Of a stretch of DNA of 14,839 nt, positions 8,401 through 14,839 are shown piece after piece. Origin of the DNA: a candidate division WOR-3 bacterium (GTDB lineage: Bacteria > Hydrothermota > Tepidihabitantia > Tepidihabitantales > JAOUPE01). Made by a program: the position numbers and the translations under genes. The notes under the pieces are model-generated. The model saw nothing but the letters and a program-made list of their open reading frames with translations, searched no databases and had not been told where the DNA came from. Position 1 is the stretch's first letter, and the number at the start of each line of letters is the position of its first letter. The stretch covers positions 1 through 14,839 of the forward strand of contig JBDRUX010000061.1 of the NCBI GenBank assembly GCA_039801565.1, written 5' to 3'.

Positions 8401-9576
8401 TTTTTCGCTTATGATATTATGACGGAAAGATGGGAGTCTTTGCCTTCGTTACCTGATTCTAATACTCAGACTGGTCGACGGAAAAAGGCTAAGGCAGGGA
8501 CTGCGCTCTGCTATGGTGATAATCAAATATTTGCTATCAAAGGTGGCAATAGCCAAGATTTCTACGCTTATGATCTTCTTACTAACACCTGGACCGAACG
8601 GTGCACCATCCCATTGCTGATTAATACTCCAACTGGACCAGCGGTATTGAAAAAACCTAACTATGGTGCCGGATTAGTTTATGCTCCAATCAATCGTCAG
8701 GTTTATCTACTTTCTGGTAACAAGACCCGTCAATTCTTAAGTTATAATCCCCAAACTAATACCTGGCGGGTTGCTAATAGTATACCACCTTATTATAGCC
8801 GATTGCCCAGTGATTACCGAGAGCGTATGGTAAAGGCAGGTGGTGCCTTGACGATTGGTGGCGATACTATCTATGCGATAAAAGGTGGCAGATGTAACGA
8901 TTTTTACGGGTATATTATCTCAGCCGATACTTGGGTGGACTTAAGACCGGTTCCATTAGGTCCAGCGAATCGAAAAATAAAAACCGGTGCCAGTCTGGCT
9001 TATTATCGGGGACGGATCTATTGTTTCAAAGGCGGCAATACCCAAGAGTTCTGGGTCTATCAGCCGATGGGTGACACTTTTGGTTGGGTTCAAGCCAGTC
9101 CAATTCCACTTTCGCCTCGGAACAAAAAGGTAAAACGCGGTGCCGCATTGGTTGCGACCGATAGCCTATTGTTTGCTTTCAAAGGCGGTTCAACCCAGGA
9201 GTTCTGGGCATACGGACCAGGTGTCGAGACTTTAGTCGTTACTACTGGAGATAAGGGGATAATGGCGGAAGGTAAGAAAAGGAGAATTGTGCTTGGTGTT
9301 TGGTTAACTCCTAATCCAACTTATGCTAAAGTCCAAATTCGCTATGGCGTTCCGACTGAAGGAAAAATTGAACTTGCAGTCTATAATATCTTAGGTGAAA
9401 GAAAACGAACTCTGGTCAACGGAGTGAGACCAATTGGTGAATATAGTTTAAATTGGGATGGTAAGGACGATAACGGCAAGAAATTAAGCGCCGGAATTTA
9501 TATTATTACCTTGAACTTGTTGGTAGAAAAACAAACGCTAAAAAGTAAGACGACGAAACTGATATTGACTAAATAA
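5491..9576 (+). CDS. large secreted multidomain protein: N-terminal beta-sandwich (MAM/cleaved-adhesin-like), CARDB/Ig-like domains, six-bladed Kelch-type propeller, C-terminal FlgD Ig-like/T9SS-like domain
   Basis: Signal peptide ending VSA/VT; IFSENFN...PPGW...WSIDNITL domain; three D-x-x-x-x-x-I-x-x-P...P-x-x-x-x-x-N-x-G...ND Ig-like units; six K/R-x-K-x-GxxL...(Y/F)xxKGGxxxxFxxY blades (~8280-9220); tail LTPNP...IELAVYNILGE...WDGKDDNGKKLSAGIY...KLILTK. Confidence 0.8.
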   Translation: MYFFNIQLNGLVHRGQLISATLLVLFGITSVSAVTIFSENFNSLWTTTNPPPGWTIVFTGDTSNNDWHREDGLAPPWNANPTPYACLIGNLLTGDSPDSLISDTIDCSGYYDIALRCSTYFQSLIGSYRAVLLGSIDGGLSWPYIIRDYTNQIVPPQLEIFTLPWATNQPLVRFCWVFEGSQAGLGHWSIDNITLTGTTINDTDIAAVRIRRPKRFEIPGTITPTVKFMNVGRETLYNVAVTCSIIHLPDSVPVHTVTDIIATFPAQDTIVHDFSLAWTADTGRYKVIVFSDAAGDQERSNDTLDRRIKVGWHDEQSYDNDTIFRDSSFVYERYGIGLRFEPSFYPALVESVKFYFTVADTMSNRFRVRICDDDGPFGTPGTPLYESKILTAVSGWNAYDILPDSIVVWDSTFYLFFIQVEGQPLSPKLGYDASRDTSASYWVCYDSIYVRDFTPGDWMIRCVLNYQFTMPRPNPTDFRTVFISQPEEGVIVRPPNLTFIPKARVENWGDLPQAGVPVVCSIISITNPTLTPYVSIRTVDLNPGADTFLDFDPWSPNFRGLGRVTVRTLLLGDLDPTNDAKEETIFVFRSYFTGQDFSTYDYRWIDSDTTGGPTFAWIDTSGNLGPTYNIYQGDDQVHSFPLVDSQGGFAFRYYDSTYYWLWVSDNGWIQLVPNAVWAPPGYPTNQPIPDTATPNTTVYAFWDDLVFGPTYGGGAIIFKRLGTAPNRKLAIIYQNVRRRNALNDPITFEIILQENGVIQVQYQDVFCSDARYNYGRSATVGIESDNGVYGLQYLYGEGGVGGFYPGNKLRSGLCIQFYPYKKDIALFRKVAPPRYTLPGPVAPQFRLVNYGNIAITESFWTKLRIRSTTAIYDDSVETNIFIQPGDSITLNFSPIDLDLGRYSLACTVAFLVGEKETLNNVILDSIFVQAWAQKPDIPLGRSHKRVKDGALTYYPAQKKVFALKGGNDLEFFAYDIMTERWESLPSLPDSNTQTGRRKKAKAGTALCYGDNQIFAIKGGNSQDFYAYDLLTNTWTERCTIPLLINTPTGPAVLKKPNYGAGLVYAPINRQVYLLSGNKTRQFLSYNPQTNTWRVANSIPPYYSRLPSDYRERMVKAGGALTIGGDTIYAIKGGRCNDFYGYIISADTWVDLRPVPLGPANRKIKTGASLAYYRGRIYCFKGGNTQEFWVYQPMGDTFGWVQASPIPLSPRNKKVKRGAALVATDSLLFAFKGGSTQEFWAYGPGVETLVVTTGDKGIMAEGKKRRIVLGVWLTPNPTYAKVQIRYGVPTEGKIELAVYNILGERKRTLVNGVRPIGEYSLNWDGKDDNGKKLSAGIYIITLNLLVEKQTLKSKTTKLILTK

Positions 9577-9638
9577 AAGACCACCGAATACTAAGGAAAA
9601 ATAGGTTTAAAATAGTTCAAGAGGTTCAAATTGGGGAT

Positions 9639-10901
9639 TTATTTGTGACGGCGAAAATAACGAGCGTTGCGTCCTTTTTGAGGAGCGGTCAATTTTCCCT
9701 TTGCTACCAAGCGCTTAAGTAAATACTGGGCTTGATGCCGATTGATTCGCAAAAGGGTCCGACAGATTTCATTGGTAATATAGCCATTCTCTTTTATATA
9801 CTCTAAGATTAGATTTTCCGCATAGATTGCTTCAGCCCGACGGTGCAGCGTGTAGGTTACTGATTTGCGTAATTGATTGAAGACATCTTTTGATAATCGG
9901 TAGACCGTCCCTTTAGTTAAACCGAATGGTTCTAAGATACCACGCTCAATCATTGAATTTAGAATCTCTTTGGCTTTCGACTCCGGTCGTGCCAACAATT
10001 GGGTAGCAGTTTTTACCTCAATCTCCCGATTCCGTTTGAGAAACGAAAGAATTAAAAGGTCAAATAAGCTAAATTCTCTGCCAGTCTGAGATTGATGGAG
10101 ACAAAATCGCGCAAAGGTTTCATCCAAATTCCCATTACGAATAATGAAATGGACAAAAGGTTCGGAAATTTCGATTTGCAATGGCTCTTTACCAAATGCT
10201 AATAAGGTGGTAAGCATCCGTTTTATCCCTAACCCAGCTCTTGCTACTAACCCAATCCGGGACAACATTGAATTCAAAAGCGGGTTACGAGTAATAGGCT
10301 CGTGACTCAAGATATTTTCCGGTGTTACTCCACCAAAAAATAAACCAGGACTTGCGATGTCTAACCGGTCTTGATAATGACGAATATATAATGGACTCAA
10401 TAAACTGTAATCTCGGTGGGTAAGACCATTGAGCAAGGCTTCCTGATAAACCGCCTGGGGAAAATCAGGGATTTCATAATCAAAAAGTCCTATCTTTAGA
10501 GTAAAAATCCGATTGTATTCTTCAATCGTTTGGGTTAGGATATCTAAAAGTGAAAGTAACGGCTTAGCACAATCAATCCGCTTGTCATATTCATTATCAT
10601 TTTGCATATGAAGATAGATGACTTCGGCACTGGGTAGCACATTGCGTAAAACTGCTTCCTGCCCTAAAAGGATCAATCCGGCAACCGTGACTTGACCCGC
10701 AGTTGAAAATTTTGTGCGTTTTAAAACCCCTAAGGCGAAAAGCAATTCTTCTTCCGACATCGCCAGTAAAAATGAACCTGGGTCTTTCTTTTTGATGAAA
10801 TCTTTCAATCTTTTGAGTTCGTTTGTATCGAGACTGTCAACTCCAAGGTCTAAGGTTTGAGCGGTAAAATCAGCTTGAACTCTTGAACAATTTTGAACCA
10901 T
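9639..10901 (-). CDS. RecG C-terminal-like/HATPase_c_4 protein with two winged-helix domains, probably 5'-truncated (AlbA_2/Schlafen domain absent)
   Basis: Motifs TVAGLILLG, FPQAVYQEALLNGLTHRDY, DRLDIASPG, RNPLL...IGLVARAGLGI and C-terminal ILEYIKENGYITNEICRTLLRINRHQAQYLLKRLV...GRNARY. The ORF starts at the linker-like DFTAQ and has no SD. Confidence 0.75.
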   Translation of the reverse strand: MVQNCSRVQADFTAQTLDLGVDSLDTNELKRLKDFIKKKDPGSFLLAMSEEELLFALGVLKRTKFSTAGQVTVAGLILLGQEAVLRNVLPSAEVIYLHMQNDNEYDKRIDCAKPLLSLLDILTQTIEEYNRIFTLKIGLFDYEIPDFPQAVYQEALLNGLTHRDYSLLSPLYIRHYQDRLDIASPGLFFGGVTPENILSHEPITRNPLLNSMLSRIGLVARAGLGIKRMLTTLLAFGKEPLQIEISEPFVHFIIRNGNLDETFARFCLHQSQTGREFSLFDLLILSFLKRNREIEVKTATQLLARPESKAKEILNSMIERGILEPFGLTKGTVYRLSKDVFNQLRKSVTYTLHRRAEAIYAENLILEYIKENGYITNEICRTLLRINRHQAQYLLKRLVAKGKLTAPQKGRNARYFRRHK

Positions 10902-10939
10902 CTTTTTTACTAACCGTTAAAAAATGTCGGAATTTATTT

Positions 10940-12376
10940 CTAACGGTTATTGAGATATTGATGTTGCCAAATCGGTTGAGTGAGATTCTTTAGTTCTTCA
11001 TCGTACTGGCAGAAAAATTGGCAATAATTTTCATCTTCCAATAAGTTGTGCGGTGCATAGTCAATCGGTCGGGCGCCATATTGCTTAATGATGGAACGGG
11101 CAGTAAGGAAATGGTCACGGATTGGGCATGGTCTTAACCAATTGGTCTGGCTGCCGTCAGAATTGGATAGGTAGCCATAATTCATTTGCCATTCGCGAAT
11201 TGCTCGGAAGAACGGGGTCTGGATTGCATCGTTTAAATTACCACCACTTTGGTAAATATCGTTGATATTAGAAACTGCGTAAGGGAAAAAGACGCAAGGG
11301 GCAACATCGCCATGCCAATTGATATGAAAATAACCACCTTCCCGGCCACCGGCAATACAACCATTGCTCAAAGTTCCTTGATTCCAGAAATCCGCGATCA
11401 TAATTTTTTTCTTACGGATAATTTCCCAACTCCTTTGCCACATCGCCACGCGCTGTTCCGGAGTCGGCATCAAATCTAAATTAACATCCCGACCAATCGG
11501 CATATAGTGAAAAATCCAACCATAACTGGCATTGTTCTTCTTAAAGAAGAAGTCGATAAACTCATCGGATAATATTTCTGCAGCGTTTTGTCTCGTGGCT
11601 GTAATGGAAATTCCGAACAAAACTTTATTTCGCCGCAGCCGATTCATTACTGCAACAATCTTATCAAAAGCGCCTTTGCCTCTTCTTTTATCAGTAGTCT
11701 CTTTAAGCCCTTCGACCGAAATCGCTGGTGTCAAATTACCAACTTTGCCCAATTCTTTAGCCAGGCGGTCATCAATCATAAAACCGTTAGTATACATCAT
11801 AAACATACAGTCATCATTTTCTCTGGCGATGTCTAACACCGTCTTGCCATTAAAACGATACATTAAAGGCTCACCACCAGAAAGCACGAAGAACCGGTTC
11901 CCCCAAAGGGTTTTAGCCTCTTTAATAATGCGATTGAAGACCTCGTAATCAAGTTGGTCAGCTTGGGTAGCAGCGTTGGCATAACAATTTGGACAGCGCA
12001 AGTTACAGAGTTTAGTTGGACTGATTACAATAAAACCTGGTGGTCCAGCCCCGTATTTCTTTCGCCATTCCGCTTTGATTTGCTTCATCCGATCGTTCAA
12101 AAATACCACTTTCACAAAGATACTCAAAGACTTTTTAGTCCATTTTGCCTTTAGTGCGCCATTCAACATTGAACGGACCAAATAATATTTATCCTCAGTG
12201 ACCTTAAGGGAATTGATGTGTTCAGTGGAATGGCTGATTTTTCTAATGTAGCGGGAGAAATAGAGAAATGCGGCACGTGATAAAATTCTTAAGTGATTGA
12301 TGGGAATGAAACGGTCAAGTTTTAAAGCAAATTCTAAAACTTTTACTAAAAGATTACCCGGGTTACTTCTTTTCAT
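10940..12376 (-). CDS. radical SAM protein with SPASM/twitch-like C-terminal region, function unknown
   Basis: CNLRCPNCYA (CxxxCxxC), LSGGEPL, MYTNG, AISVEG...DKRRGKG, then GCIAGGR...HINWHGDVAPCVF...LRPCPIRD. Confidence 0.92.
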   Translation of the reverse strand: MKRSNPGNLLVKVLEFALKLDRFIPINHLRILSRAAFLYFSRYIRKISHSTEHINSLKVTEDKYYLVRSMLNGALKAKWTKKSLSIFVKVVFLNDRMKQIKAEWRKKYGAGPPGFIVISPTKLCNLRCPNCYANAATQADQLDYEVFNRIIKEAKTLWGNRFFVLSGGEPLMYRFNGKTVLDIARENDDCMFMMYTNGFMIDDRLAKELGKVGNLTPAISVEGLKETTDKRRGKGAFDKIVAVMNRLRRNKVLFGISITATRQNAAEILSDEFIDFFFKKNNASYGWIFHYMPIGRDVNLDLMPTPEQRVAMWQRSWEIIRKKKIMIADFWNQGTLSNGCIAGGREGGYFHINWHGDVAPCVFFPYAVSNINDIYQSGGNLNDAIQTPFFRAIREWQMNYGYLSNSDGSQTNWLRPCPIRDHFLTARSIIKQYGARPIDYAPHNLLEDENYCQFFCQYDEELKNLTQPIWQHQYLNNR

Positions 12377-12385
12377 ATGGCAAAA

Positions 12386-12413
12386 AGTATATTTGTAACT
12401 TTCTTTCTGTCAA
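12386..12413 (-). promoter_or_regulatory. sigma70-type promoter of the radical SAM gene (TTGACA-N16-TATACT)
   Basis: Minus-strand TTGACA at 12413-12408 and TATACT at 12391-12386. ATG 12376 follows after a 9-nt gap, with no SD. Confidence 0.75.
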
Positions 12414-12422
12414 CAGCCTTTT

Positions 12423-12436
12423 TGCGAGCGCTCACA
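12423..12436. promoter_or_regulatory. LacI-family operator-like palindrome TGCGAGCGCTCACA
   Basis: 13/14 match to the symmetric core TGTGAGCGCTCACA, located 9 bp upstream of the radical SAM -35 box. Confidence 0.45.
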
Positions 12437-12704
12437 GACATGATATTCCATTATTGGGCGGTTTTGGAAGAGATGTTAGTCAAGGCTCGTTTATTCCAAA
12501 TAAGTTAAAGCATTACTGAATGACTTGAATAGTCGTCAACCGTTATCCGTCATTGAACCCTCGGAACAATCTTGAACTTTTAATTAGTCCACCGACACAG
12601 TCAATGGCACACGGTTTTTGAAAGAACCAATACAGAGTTCTATCCAGACCTTAAAGAAAAAGAAGATGTAACGCTCCCTCTCAAAACAAGTTGCATAAGG
12701 GAAA

Positions 12705-12968
12705 ATGACTCCGTTACCCGTTAAATATTACCTCACCAATGGCTTTAATTATACCTTAACCGCCGAAGCTTTTAAGCACAACCACCGAAACCGTTCAAAA
12801 ATGGGTCGAACAATTTCGTCAATTATGGAAAAGCAGGCTTGAAAAGACCAATCCAAAAGACCCCATACCTCACCGACGAATTCTCAATAGCGAGAGGTTA
12901 AACTATCAGCAAGCGGCGTTTGGAAGATTTTATGTCGGTATGGTCTATCGCGACCAAAAAGAGACTGA
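12705..12968 (+). pseudogene. decayed IS481-like transposase N-terminal (HTH) remnant
   Basis: Removing single extra bases at about 12774, 12823 and 12845 gives VKYYLTNGFNYTLTAEAF-STTTETVQKWVEQFRQ-YGKAGLK-DQSKRPHTSP. After a TAG at 12888-12890 it continues REVKLSASGVWKILCRYGLSR. Both blocks fit the IS481-type HTH patterns (TVxKWxxR...GLxDxSxRPHxSP and SxSxVxxILxRxGL). A TGT-starting candidate left end (TGTAACG) lies at 12667. Confidence 0.75.
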
Positions 12969-13442
12969 CGATCTGTTGAACTTTTTCTCCGTTTCTATAA
13001 CCCATTAGATTTTTAAAAGTTGCCTTCTTAAAAGTTAATCAATACTCAGACGGATTAGGGTGAAGAGTTGAGTGATGCGGCATTTCCAGTGAAAATTGGG
13101 CATAATCATTTAATAACATCTGTCAATGGTCGCAGGAGCGATTCTGGTCTTTTGCATCTAAACCCGTTATTCCAGAAACCTTACCCGCGATAACCATTTC
13201 CTGTCCAACCCTCTTCAACGTAATCTTTAAATTCTGGTCGGCATCATTACCCAAATTCCAAACTTATAGTTCATAAGGTTTTTAAATTTGGAATTTGTTG
13301 AGATTTTTGAAGTTAGGATTTGAAATAAAGTAGCCCGACTTTACAGAATGACCGAAAAGTAACTTTAAAAATAGCCAATATTCATCTCTTACTGATTCAA
13401 TGAGTTGTAACTAATAACGATTTTAACCGAAGTAATAAGTTA

Positions 13443-13470
13443 TTGACAATTTTTATCTCTCCCGTAGAAT
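13443..13470 (+). promoter_or_regulatory. sigma70-type promoter TTGACA-N16-TAGAAT, probably leaderless
   Basis: TTGACA 13443-13448 and TAGAAT 13465-13470. ATG 13477 follows after a 6-nt gap, with no SD. Confidence 0.75.
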
Positions 13471-13476
13471 AAAGCG

Positions 13477-14715
13477 ATGGAAAATAAAATTAATTCGGTG
13501 TCCGGCTACATTAAAATTGTAATGAAGTGGCGAAGGATGGTTATTCGAAATGTTATTATTGTAACCATTTTGGCACTAATAATTAGTCTGGTGCTTCGTC
13601 CGAAATTTACCGCCACAACGACTATTTTACCACCGAGTAATGAAGAAGGGGCATTGGTCGGACTTACTGGAATTCTTGCTTCCCAAGCTGCCTTTGGGGC
13701 TTCTTTGTCCCGTTTGGGTTTTGGTTTATCCCGCCCTTCAGACCTTTACGCAGCAATTCTGCGCAGCGGACGAATTAAATCCGAGATTATTAATCGTTTT
13801 GACCTTAAAAAACGCTTTAAAGCTAAAACAATGTACGATGCCTTCAAGGCATTAAATAAAATAACCAAAATTAATGTCACAGCGGAAGGTATTATTGAAG
13901 TATCGGTGACGCACCAAGATAAATATCTGGCAGCTGATATGGCAAATGCTTTCATTGAAGAACTAGATAAGTTCAATACCCAGACGCGAATGACAATGGG
14001 AAAACGCTATCGGATTTTCTTAGAAAACCGACTTCGCCAAACCGAAAAAGATTTAGCTGCCGCAGAAGATTCTTTAAGAAAATTTAAAGAGAAACATCGA
14101 ACTGTGGCGTTAGACGAGGAGATGAAAAGTGCCATCGAAATTATTGCCAAACTAAAAAGCGAACAGGTTATCCGTGAAATTCAAAGAGGTGCTTTCGCTA
14201 GTGCCAATGACGAAAATAACCCTTATATTTTAAATCTCGACCAACAGATTAAAGCAATTGAGAAACAATTGTCCGCAATTGAATTTGGAACAAAGTCAAA
14301 GAATCGAAACGAATTTGGTGCTGGTTTTTCAATTCCCTTTTGCCAACTTCCCCAACTGTCATTGGAATTAGCGCGTCTCACGCGAAACTTTAAAGTCCAA
14401 GAGGCAATCTACGAGCTATTAACCCAAAGTTATGAACAAGCCAAGTTATTAGAATTACGGGATACGCCGACCGTCCAAATTTTGGATGTTGCCGCACCAC
14501 CCGAAAAGAAAAGTTGGCCCAAACGGTCGCTCATTGTAAGCTTCACCTTTGTCTTAAGTCTGGCAGCAAGCGTGTTGCTCGCCTTTATTCTTGAATATGA
14601 CGAAGATGTAAGACAGAATCCAGACCGCCATTTGGAGTTCATTAATTTCCGCAACCAACTACAGTCAGATCTTAACCGAATAAAGAATTATTTAAGATTT
14701 CGTTCCAAAAAATAA
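13477..14715 (+). CDS. polysaccharide chain-length determinant / co-polymerase (Wzz/Etk N-terminal + GNVR-like, no kinase domain)
   Basis: N-terminal TM followed by PKFTATTTILPP, then ILRS, IIEVSVTHQDKYLAADMAN, a long coiled coil, VQILDVAAPPEKKSWPKR and a second TM. No Walker A domain. Confidence 0.88.
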   Translation: MENKINSVSGYIKIVMKWRRMVIRNVIIVTILALIISLVLRPKFTATTTILPPSNEEGALVGLTGILASQAAFGASLSRLGFGLSRPSDLYAAILRSGRIKSEIINRFDLKKRFKAKTMYDAFKALNKITKINVTAEGIIEVSVTHQDKYLAADMANAFIEELDKFNTQTRMTMGKRYRIFLENRLRQTEKDLAAAEDSLRKFKEKHRTVALDEEMKSAIEIIAKLKSEQVIREIQRGAFASANDENNPYILNLDQQIKAIEKQLSAIEFGTKSKNRNEFGAGFSIPFCQLPQLSLELARLTRNFKVQEAIYELLTQSYEQAKLLELRDTPTVQILDVAAPPEKKSWPKRSLIVSFTFVLSLAASVLLAFILEYDEDVRQNPDRHLEFINFRNQLQSDLNRIKNYLRFRSKK

Positions 14716-14756
14716 TCACTAATTGGATTAACTTTAATGGGATTAGCGAAAAAAGT

Positions 14757-14839
14757 ATGTCGGATTTCCGAAACAAACTTTATCAAAGTTATATAACCAA
14801 GTTCAAGACCGAACAAACACAAATAAATCAAAGAACTAT
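14757..14839 (+). CDS. partial CDS running off the window, probably the next gene of the polysaccharide locus (possibly a SAM-dependent methyltransferase N-terminus)
   Basis: Open frame MSDFRNKLYQSYITKFKTEQTQINQRT starting 41 nt after the upstream stop. The product guess rests on weak resemblance only. Confidence 0.4.
   Translation, partial: MSDFRNKLYQSYITKFKTEQTQINQRT

Noticed and set aside
10161..10177. TCGGAAATTTCGATTT as a fourth coding heptamer array
   Set aside because: Only about two imperfect units, compatible with ordinary codons (QIEISE).
13005..13440. ncRNA, CRISPR array, right IS end or ops/JUMPstart element upstream of the polysaccharide locus
   Set aside because: No repeat-spacer periodicity, tRNA/rRNA signature, convincing inverted copy of the 12667 end or GGCGGTAG motif was found.
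477..14654. Short ORFs overlapping the long genes (e.g. 477-692, 4160-4447, 7265-7999, 11249-12154, 13640-14654)
   Set aside because: They are antisense or alternate-frame shadows of well-supported CDSs with no motifs. 4160-4447 only reads the heptamer array on the other strand.

Overview
AT-rich bacterial chromosomal window. The large secreted Kelch/FlgD-type protein suggests an FCB-related lineage such as WOR-3 (inference only). Plus strand: mnmG/gidA, a secreted beta-propeller with a T9SS/FlgD-like tail, a short QueG/RdhA-like Fe-S protein, a YfiM-like membrane protein and a 1361-aa secreted multidomain Kelch protein. Minus strand: a radical SAM protein and a RecG-C/HATPase_c_4-wHTH protein that appears to have lost its N-terminal domain. 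These are followed by a 1.1-kb gap holding a decayed IS481-like transposase, and then a Wzz/GNVR-type chain-length regulator that probably opens a polysaccharide locus. The most unusual signals are at DNA level. (1) Stop-free 7-bp arrays (AAATTCG/CGAATTT) sit inside two unrelated genes. Two of them are colinear 53-bp copies with shared flanks, read in different frames. (2) TTRAAC short-period clusters occur at six gene boundaries, one at an apparent truncation point. (3) Four near-consensus sigma70-type promoters all have 16-bp spacers, and three of them predict (near-)leaderless mRNAs.
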